From contig CBDDTI010000284.1 in the NCBI GenBank assembly GCA_965233585.1, positions 1 to 17,431 on the forward strand: 17,431 nucleotides of DNA, written 5' to 3'. The first letter of the stretch is position 1; each line of letters opens with the position of its first letter. The notes under the pieces were generated by a model. The model saw only the letters and a list, made by a program, of their open reading frames with translations, was not told the origin of the DNA and did not search any database. The DNA comes from a bacterium (GTDB taxonomy: Bacteria; SAR324; NAC60-12). Of the stretch, positions 8,805 through 17,431 are shown in pieces. The position numbers were made by a program, and so were the translations under genes.

Positions 8805-9560
8805 TTTAATTACCTTTGATAGCGAATGGCAGAAGATCTTCTTTCAACGAATGTTCAAACTTATAATGAATGAATTTGAAAATATGACCGCGTTTTTATA
8901 CAATTTTTGGTGGGAAATAGTTTGGCGCATTTACGAGCCAATTGCACGAGAAAAAATTAATGACAAATTAAGCACAAAAAATTAAAGATATCCACAGCAA
9001 ATTACAAATCTTGAGCATGAGAAACATTAAGTACTTAGAAAAATTAATGGTGATTTGATCGAGTTTTGACAAATATAATTTGTTACAAATATGAACTAGT
9101 TGAATGAGAAAAATTGATGGAAAATACACGCACACACACTCACACACACACCATGAGCACTCATTTTCCGTAATTTTCTTGAACCATTGTTTAATTCACA
9201 ATTTAACATGTTCAAAAACACAAATTATCCATAATTTCCTTGGGGCATTGTCTGTTAACGACTTGACGCGTTATAATTTAGGATGAACCAAAAACATTAA
9301 TAAGAATTGACCTCAAACGCGTTCAGCATCGTTAAAATTTACAACCATTAGCGCCATAGCTTATTTATGCTGTGTAACCAATTAAAATCGATGAAACTTA
9401 TCAGCTACTTGCCCGCGCATGTGGAATTGAGAGCCCCTTAGAACATTGCCATACTGACACTCCCTTAAACTCAAGAAGGTTTAAAAAGAACCTACATTCG
9501 ATGACAAACGTCAGTGCAGATTTATTGTCAGAATAAATCACCCGCATTTAAAGCAATAAA

Positions 9561-10778
<1,218 letters not shown>

Positions 10779-10882
10779 AATAAAACGAGCAAAAATGTAC
10801 ATAGGCATGAATGTATTTTGAGAAATAAAATGAAATGCGCATTTATTTTATTCAAATAAAAATAAAAACTAGATTATATGTA

Positions 10883-11905
10883 TTATACGGGAGTAGACAA
10901 ATTTAGCCTGGTAGAAAGAGAAGGGTCAACGGTTATTGAAGAATCCGCTGCAGGTTCCGTCCGAGGCATGTTGAATAACGGAGGAATCATGCTTGAAAAG
11001 TACGGTCGTCTATGATAAACCTAAAAAATAATTTATATATAATAAGCGATTTAAAAATAATAATAAATTTCCTACCGTATACTCGGTGTTGGTCGCTTTA
11101 TCTACTTTTTCGGGAATTGGCAAAAAAGTAGTTGCATCGGACGGCAACGCCGATGCAGTTGACTCAAACGGCAAAATTTCGACGCTTGATTCTTCCACAG
11201 CCTCGTCGTTTGCCGATGAATCTGCAGCAGCTTGTATTGAAATCATTTCAATAGGCTAAAAAAAAAAATAGAGTAGACAAAATATTTTATAAAATGCAAT
11301 AATCATACTTCGACATTAGACGGTTGTTGGTGGTGATGGCTCAGTCTTCTTAATTTGTACATTATTATGGCGAACGTTACAAAAATGAAGACGAACACCG
11401 ATCCGACAAATATCTTGAAGACATCTGAAAATAATGAGGTATTTGTATAAAATGTTGACTTGAAAGAAAATAATCAATACTTACTGTCAAAAATTGCGGA
11501 GTCAAAACCCGCAAAGGAGAAACTATTATGTATTGTTGATACATTAGGCGAAGCGGAAAAGGTCGGTGGATTAAAAGTGGTGGCAGAACCGGTGCTTGTT
11601 TCCAACACAGGCGCGGGTGAAGTGACAGTCGTGGTTGAGAGAGTAGAGCTCGTCAAAGTGGTAGCAACGGTAGTGGGCGGGACGGTGGTAGTACTGGTAG
11701 AAGTCGTGGTGCTTGAAGTGGAAGAGGCGGTTGTAGTGGTTGATGCAAAGTCAGTCGTAGGCGTGATGGTTGTTTCAGAAGAATTGGAAGATGCGACAAT
11801 TTTAGCGAGGAGATTTTTTAGTAAAGTGATGTCTTCCTCGCATGAAATTTTTTGTGCCAAATAAAAGGCCCAAATAACGAAGACGATGATAATGTTGAAG
11901 TTCAT
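10883..11905 (-). CDS. Spliced 284-aa type I membrane mucin-like protein (exons 11905-11485, 11424-11309, 11255-11076, 11020-10883)
   Basis: Introns of 60, 53 and 55 nt (GTAAGT..TTTCAG, GTATGA..TTTTAG, GTAGGA..TTTTAG) give 855 nt in frame. Signal peptide, S/T-rich ectodomain, TM IFVGSVFVFIFVTFAIIMY followed by KLRR, tail ending LSTPV. Confidence 0.87.
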
Positions 11906-12216
11906 TATGACGGAATTGGAAATTTACTTTAAAGTTTGAAATGTCCAAGAATTGAAAATGAAGTGAAGTATTTGAATCGCAAACTTGAAATTATTTATTT
12001 TCTATAATAAAAGCGGGCGGTCAAACACGCGAACATTTGTACATTTATTATAAATAAAGTTAGAAGTTGTTGTCTAAATTAAATAATAAGAACTTTTTTA
12101 TACAATAAAATGCTTTGAAAGATTCTTTATGAAGAACACTTCGCAAAGGGAGGGTTGAGCGAAATTTACGCAAAGAAACGGGAAAACTCACGCTGAGAAA
12201 GTAAAACACACCGCGC

Positions 12217-12474
12217 TTACAACACATTTGTATTTTGAGGGGTAGAAAAATCTACAGTTTTGTTGTTAACATTTATATTCCTCCATAATTTGTATTCATG
12301 TTCAAATAAAGCGTATAAACCGAGCAGCATTAAAAAAGACCAAAGAAAAATTAAAAGCCAAGGGGAAATGGTGTCTTTTACAAAATAAATATATTTAAAA
12401 GGATCTTCTCCATCTCTGTTTCTTCGGACACAATTACGGCGATTGGCGGGAGGCGAGTCGTGGCTCCACATCAT
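12217..12474 (-). CDS. Small hypothetical single-pass membrane protein (85 aa)
   Basis: ATG ORF with hydrophobic ISPWLLIFLWSFLMLLGLYALF; overlaps the upstream ORF by 41 nt. Confidence 0.5.
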   Translation of the reverse strand: MMWSHDSPPANRRNCVRRNRDGEDPFKYIYFVKDTISPWLLIFLWSFLMLLGLYALFEHEYKLWRNINVNNKTVDFSTPQNTNVL

Positions 12475-12778
12475 TAAAAATATCGTTGTTTTTCGAACAA
12501 AACGTTTTAGACAAAAACTTGATGGTTACTTTTTTATAATAATGGTACACTCGTAATTCTTTTTGAATGGCAAAAATGATTCGCGCGCGTGTTTCGGAAT
12601 CATATGTTGGAATATAAAAGAAACACGTGCGGTCTTTAACGTTTTTACGATACGCAAATACTCGTTGATCCAACGACTTTAGGATTTTGTTGATTCTGTT
12701 GAGAAGAATTGAGATATTTCGCAACAAAGCGTGGGAATTTTTAAAATGTCGATACGTAAGATTGTTGTTGATGACCAT
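12434..12778 (-). CDS. Hypothetical basic 114-aa protein
   Basis: ATG ORF in AT-rich DNA, same strand as its neighbours; no recognised motif. Confidence 0.45.
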   Translation of the reverse strand: MVINNNLTYRHFKNSHALLRNISILLNRINKILKSLDQRVFAYRKNVKDRTCFFYIPTYDSETRARIIFAIQKELRVYHYYKKVTIKFLSKTFCSKNNDIFNDVEPRLASRQSP

Positions 12779-13292
12779 GAAGTTGCAGCAAATGTTTATA
12801 CAAAGACGTGTGATGTATTACTGAAATAGTTTATGACATAAAAATAATAAATTTTAAATTAAGCGCGCTCTTTTATTTTAAAATTAAGGATAATAGTCTG
12901 CTACTTAAAAATTAGACACAGCAGCAGAAAAATCATCCAAAAAATCAAAATAAAAACAAACGTGATTTTTTCTGTTAATAAATAATTGCGACATTTGGTT
13001 GAGTTGAGAATCTTTTCGTAAACACCGATAAACAATAACTGTTGAAAAGTTGAACATGTATATATTTTTGATAAAATTATCGAGCGGAAATTATTGTTTA
13101 TGACAATAGCTTTGGTGCGAGTTATGATTTGTTGACGCAAAACGAGTTGCGCTTTAATTTGTGTTTGTTTTGGAAAACGGAAATTCAAACATTGTCGTTC
13201 TCAGAACCTTTCTTCGCGCCCCCGAACTGATTCAAGACGTGGAAAGTGGGAAAAATTGAGGTTGCAAACGGCTTGCAATCGGCTTGCAACAG

Positions 13293-13550
13293 GCCGATTG
13301 CAGACGAAAACAAGCCGATTACAGGCTCGATTGAGCCTGTTGCAAGCCGATTGCAGACGAAAACAAGCCGATTGCAGGCTCGATTGAGCCTGTTGCAAGC
13401 CGATTGCAGACGAAAACAAGCCGATTACAGGCTCGATTGAGGTTGTTGCAAGCCGATTGCAGACGAAAACAAGCCGATTGCAGGCTCGATTGAGGTTGTT
13501 GCAAGCCGATTGCAGACGAAAACAAGCCGGTTGCAGACGATTACAAGCCG
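13293..13550. repeat. 53-bp tandem array (~4.5 copies) with internal hairpins
   Basis: Unit gccgattgcagacgaaaacaagccgattRcaggctcgattgagSYtgttgcaa starts at 13293, 13346, 13399, 13452 and 13505. An inverted partial copy lies at ~13275-13293. Confidence 0.95.
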
Positions 13551-13752
13551 ATTTCAGGTTGAAACAACCTTAATGTAGATGCCATCAAGGTGTTTTGAGA
13601 GCGCATCAAGATGGTTTTTATCGGTAAACGGATGGTTGAAAGACGGTTTCAGCCTGTTTTAAGGTGTTTTGAGAACGTTTTAAGGTGATTTTAGAGCGTA
13701 ACAAGCTCGAATGAGAGTGACAAGAAGCACTTCGCAGAAGATGTCAACAGGG
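13551..13752. repeat. Degenerate 10-11-bp periodic tract ending ...TGTCAACAGGG; candidate outer part of a terminal inverted repeat
   Basis: aaggtgttttgaga at 13587 and 13661, ttttaaggtg at 13657 and 13678; periodicity stops at the G-run at 13750-13754. Confidence 0.5.
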
Positions 13753-13790
13753 GGTCTTGGGGATCTTTTACATGTGACATGAATATCCTT

Positions 13791-14040
13791 TCAAGTCAAC
13801 TGACATCTTCACTAAATAAGCATTACATAAATTTCTTGAAGAGCTATTCATATTCATGATTTTTTTTCATTTTAAAAGATATTCAAGTCAAGTGACATCT
13901 TCACTAAATAAGCATTACATAAATTTCTTGAAGAGCTATTCATATTCATGATTTTTTTTCATTTTAAAAGATATTCATGTCAGCTGACATCTCAACTAAA
14001 TATGCACGGCATAAATTTTATGAAGATTCCTTCATATTTA
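13791..14040. repeat. 92-bp tandem repeat, two near-identical copies plus a diverged partial third
   Basis: tcaagtcaaStgacatcttcactaaataagc... at 13791 and 13883; diverged copy at 13975. Confidence 0.9.
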
Positions 14041-14591
14041 CGAAGAAATTATTTTCACATGTGCAAAAGAGCCCTTAAACTTTTGTGTCAGACATCCTTG
14101 TCACTCTATCAACCAGGAAAGTCATCTTGATCTTCTTGATCATGATAACAGCAGCCCTGTCAGTTCTCTGCATCTTGGGGTTGGAATTGATTTGAAGGAA
14201 GTTCTGGAGGAGAAAAGTGAAGGTCAGATTTTTTGCATTGATTTCTTGGGACATTCCCTGAAGCGAGCTCCAATAAGGTGCTCATGTCTTTCAGTGTGAT
14301 GACAGCTCATATCTGGCTGTAGTCTTGGCCTTACCCTGTAACGAGTATGTTGTGTTCTCAGTTGCAAGAATTACAGGAGTTGCCAACCTTTCCACCGAGT
14401 ATGTGGTCTATCAGATGGGCATAAGCTTCAACTTACCTGAAATCCCAAAGGCATTTCCCCATGAGAATGATCTTTTGGTATCCGCCTGGAACCTACCAGT
14501 AGTTGAACCCAGGTCCCAGATAATATAAAGCTGCCCTCTACCATTGAGCTATCCACACACATCCACCCCAGAAAAGGGGTAGCCCGGCCAG

Positions 14592-14671
14592 GTCCCCATC
14601 ACCTATGGTCCCTATTTAGTATTCATTATTATACTAAATAGAATAACATAGGGACGATCGGTGATGGGGAC
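14592..14671. repeat. 80-bp foldback (24-bp inverted arms), possible MITE remnant
   Basis: gtccccatcacctatggtccctat pairs with atagggacgatcggtgatggggac (2 mismatches); inner ctatttagtat/atactaaatag inverted repeat. Confidence 0.75.
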
Positions 14672-16143
14672 ATGCCAGGCTCCCAGGAAAGGCCTACAAA
14701 ACCTAATAGATATTTAAGGCAATAAAGCACTATGTTTCTTTGAAGAATTGATATCTGTTCGATGGCAAATGCACACTAAGAAATTAAACAATAGGCACGT
14801 AGCTGTTACTCTTTGCACAATACCACTTGAAGCTAGCCTCTTGTTGGCACAGCAATCCCCTTGATGAAAGTTCCTGTCTCAGCACAAATCAAGGTCATGT
14901 AATCCTCCTCTCCAAAGTCACCAAAGCGGTTGACATTCTAAGGGATCTACACCATGTAGTCTGAGAAGTTGGTCTTCTGGAGCCTCAGCTTCTTGCTCCC
15001 GGGACACACATATAACAAACACTCATCTGAGGTTCCATGGATACCAGGTCAGCTAATTCCCAAATCTCCACATTATCCCTATCTTCAGTCTTTTCCGAAA
15101 AACCCTCTTTGGTCTTGTCAATGAAGCTGGCATTCTTTATGCTGTCTACCTTGCATTTTTCTACATCCTAGACCAGGAAGTAAGTGCCGAAGAAGAACTG
15201 GGACTAGAAATTCCGGGAGATAGGGAGATCTATCTCTGGGGTCAATTTCAGTAGTGTGACCCTGATTGAGATCCTAAATTGGAAATTCCAGATTTTCCTG
15301 ATCTCTGGGAGTGTCCCAGAGCTGGAGGGGAATGGAGCTATCATATGTTGCTGTCCGGGTCCACAGTAACACCAACTGCTACAGCCCTGTCCTTGGAGCC
15401 CGCGGCAAACCCATGCTTAGGAACAAACTCACATATGTGGAAAATTTTCGAGATTGAATCGCTTCAATCTCGAAAATTATCCTTTACCAATCTTTCAGAA
15501 TGTTCTCTACCCAAATTCATGGATAACGGTTTTGGTGAATCGAATTGTTGTCCCTCAGGTGTGCCCAATTCTCTTGTTTATGGCATGCAGTTTTGTTGTC
15601 CAGTCGGGAATTGTCACCCCTGCCTGGACGGATTAGAAGTTTCGGTTACGACCCCCAGGAAAACTGCATCGTTATAAGGCAGATGTTTCCGTCGGACCGT
15701 TAGGTCGCGACATTTATCTCATTAAGAGATGAATAGTAAACGAGACTTTCCCCACCCCCAAAGGGTTGGAAACTGGAAACTGTTTGTGAGAAAACAATCA
15801 TAAAATGAGTTGTTTTGCCCCTCGAAATACCAGGTCTTTCGAGGGGTAACGGTTTCCGACTTGGCTTCTCTTTGGGGATGAGAACAAAATGCGCACTTGT
15901 ATTCTAGGAACCACGGTGATAACTGGTCCGAGGTTTTCACTCGTATATCCGACCTTAAAGTTTGTAATAACTCTAAACTATCTTGCTCTCGAAAATACAA
16001 GGCCGGCTCTGTTAAAAAGATCTCTGGTTATAGTCTCTTCAAATTTGGCTAGTTCTTGTTTGACTCCCTTCGGTCATTAAAGTGAAGGCTGTTTGATCGT
16101 CTGGTCCGCTTTGTCGAAGAAGCGTCCGCCAGACTTTTGACAT

Positions 16144-16164
16144 TGGTGCATCGTCCGGAAATCG
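16144..16164 (+). promoter_or_regulatory. Primer-binding site complementary to the 3' end of tRNA-Gly
   Basis: TGGTGCATCGTCCGGAAATCG versus the recalled reverse complement of invertebrate tRNA-Gly(GCC) plus CCA, TGGTGCATCGGCCGGGAATCG (2 mismatches). Confidence 0.75.
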
Positions 16165-16312
16165 CATAAACCTCCCGGACTACCAACGATGCTGAAGAGC
16201 TCAGGATCTAGAGTCGTTGTATATAGAGTGTACAGTAGTTAGTGTTAGTGATAAAACTTTTTATTTTTGTGTTAGTATTTTTACAGACAATCGAAACAAT
16301 CTTTATTACAAA

Positions 16313-17431
16313 ATGGATCAAAGACTTAAAGTAGCTGAAAATCAGGGTGAAGAAGACGCCAACATGGTCACCGCCGTGGAGGACACCCGGCTATTGGACA
16401 GAGATGTCACAATGGTCCGGGAGACCGAAACGCCATGACCAGCAACGGCCCCTACAGGAATCGCAAGACCGACGGTGAGGGACAGTCCAAGTCTGTCGGA
16501 ACAACATCTGCAACACCGACAACAGCCTCACTACTCTAGTCAAGGGTCAAACTCCGAGCGGGAAAGTGCGGACGAGGAACTTCAGACCGAAGTCAGGATC
16601 CGGCGAGCTATGGAAAGAAACGGTAGGTTGGTCGACCTCACCGAAAGAATGACAACAGAAAGGGACAAAGCGATGAGGAACCCAACACATTGGAATCGCT
16701 CGGTGTTGGAAGCTTTCGTCCTGGACAACGCCAACGCCTTGGTGAAGTCGGCCGCCGACCAAAGCGTCAATTTCAGGCTCGCAGGACCGGAACAGGAGGT
16801 GATTCTGTCACCCCTCCTCGACGACAGCCTCGCTCGCGAACGAATGATCCTGATGGCGCGGATGGATCAAAACATCAGGATATCCCAGGTAGTGCGAGTT
16901 TACTCAAGGGAGGACAAGGATTTGTATTACTTCATGGCCATGGAAGCGGGGATGGAGATGCTAAAACGCAGGGAGTACCGGATTGACGACTGGTACCGGA
17001 GGAGGACTGAGACGTGGGGAACACTCGACACGTTCCTTGATCAGCTCAGAGAATCCATGACCCTAGCCGGAGGCAACCCCGAACAACTCCAAAGGTTCAT
17101 GACGAGGTATACAGGTCTGGCCAGAACCCTCTTCTTCGAAGGAGTAATTTCGTGCATCTTGGCGGTCCTTGGACATCCCGGTAACTTCGAACATTTCGTC
17201 CGGGACCGAGAGATAAAACTGATGGAGTCACCGCACGCACCCGTCCGCGTCATGCTACAGTGTGTGGAGCTGATGCATCAGGCTGGACTGCACGTCCCTC
17301 TACTCCACCGGGACTACTTTCTTCGCGCAAGGGACCAGGCACGTTATCTCGCGGAGCGGAAGACGTTGGCCAACAAGGTCTTGGAACAAGAGAGACAGAG
17401 AGAGGAGCAGAGGGAACGTCAAATTACCACC
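16313..17431 (+). pseudogene. Gag-position ORF of the retrotransposon with one in-frame TGA (16436-16438); runs off the window
   Basis: The frame from ATG 16313 stays open for 331 codons after the TGA to the window end (MDQRLKV...ETP*PATAPTG...EQRERQITT). The downstream part is absent from the ORF track because it has no stop. No diagnostic Gag motif seen. Confidence 0.55.

Larger units (their letters stand above)
15612..17431 (+). mobile_element. 5' part of an LTR retrotransposon (putative LTR ~15612-16142, primer-binding site, first ORF); 5' boundary uncertain
   Basis: ...TGACA at 16138-16142 followed after 1 nt by a tRNA-complementary site; candidate TGTCA start at 15612; ATTAAA at ~16076; long GC-rich ORF downstream. 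Confidence 0.65.

Noticed and set aside
9104..9286. 60-aa His-rich ORF
   Set aside because: Arises from a CA-rich microsatellite-like tract in intergenic DNA.
11460..11864. Val-rich plus-strand ORF
   Set aside because: Antisense shadow of the Thr/Ser-rich mucin exon.
12901..13188. 95-aa minus-strand ORF with hydrophobic C-terminus
   Set aside because: Only a TTG start, and the nearby ATG is out of frame. It could be an exon or a decayed gene, but I cannot support that.
13201..13550. CRISPR array, or ORFs 13201..13419, 13246..13440 and 13319..13525
   Set aside because: Head-to-tail repeats without unique spacers, no cas genes, eukaryotic context; the ORFs are translations of the repeat.
14041..15610. 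Short ORFs 14325..14528, 15279..15677 and 15454..15636, and possible decayed coding or transposon remnants
   Set aside because: Non-ATG starts, stops in the frames I read and no recognisable motifs; needs a translated search.

Overview
Eukaryotic genomic DNA. Bases 1 to ~13750 are the right-hand part of an endogenous Polinton/Maverick (adintovirus-like) element. It encodes the C-terminal end of an adenain-like maturation protease, two small Polinton-type ORFs, an A32/FtsK-like packaging ATPase and a protein-primed family-B DNA polymerase (pPolB). The ORF track shows the polymerase as fragments, but it is not broken: five GT-AG spliceosomal introns join six exons into one intact 1112-aa frame. 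The last intron (1193 nt) holds an entire GC-rich antisense gene for a PTE-repeat, putatively membrane-anchored protein. The terminal-protein-like region (GSGW motif) is a separate upstream ORF, and the polymerase's vOTU-like domain appears to lack its catalytic Cys, an adenovirus-like arrangement. Two more four-exon genes missed by the ORF track were reconstructed: a Lys-rich/acidic protein with a possible PC4-like domain, and a type I mucin-like membrane protein ending in a PDZ-binding motif. The element seems to end in a 53-bp palindromic tandem array and a 10-11-bp periodic tract ending ...ACAGGG, not a classic Polinton end. The flank holds a 92-bp tandem repeat, a small foldback and the 5' part of an LTR retrotransposon (LTR end, tRNA-Gly primer-binding site, long ORF with one stop). 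No capsid or integrase gene is visible in this window. All family assignments are motif recognition by eye, without database searches.
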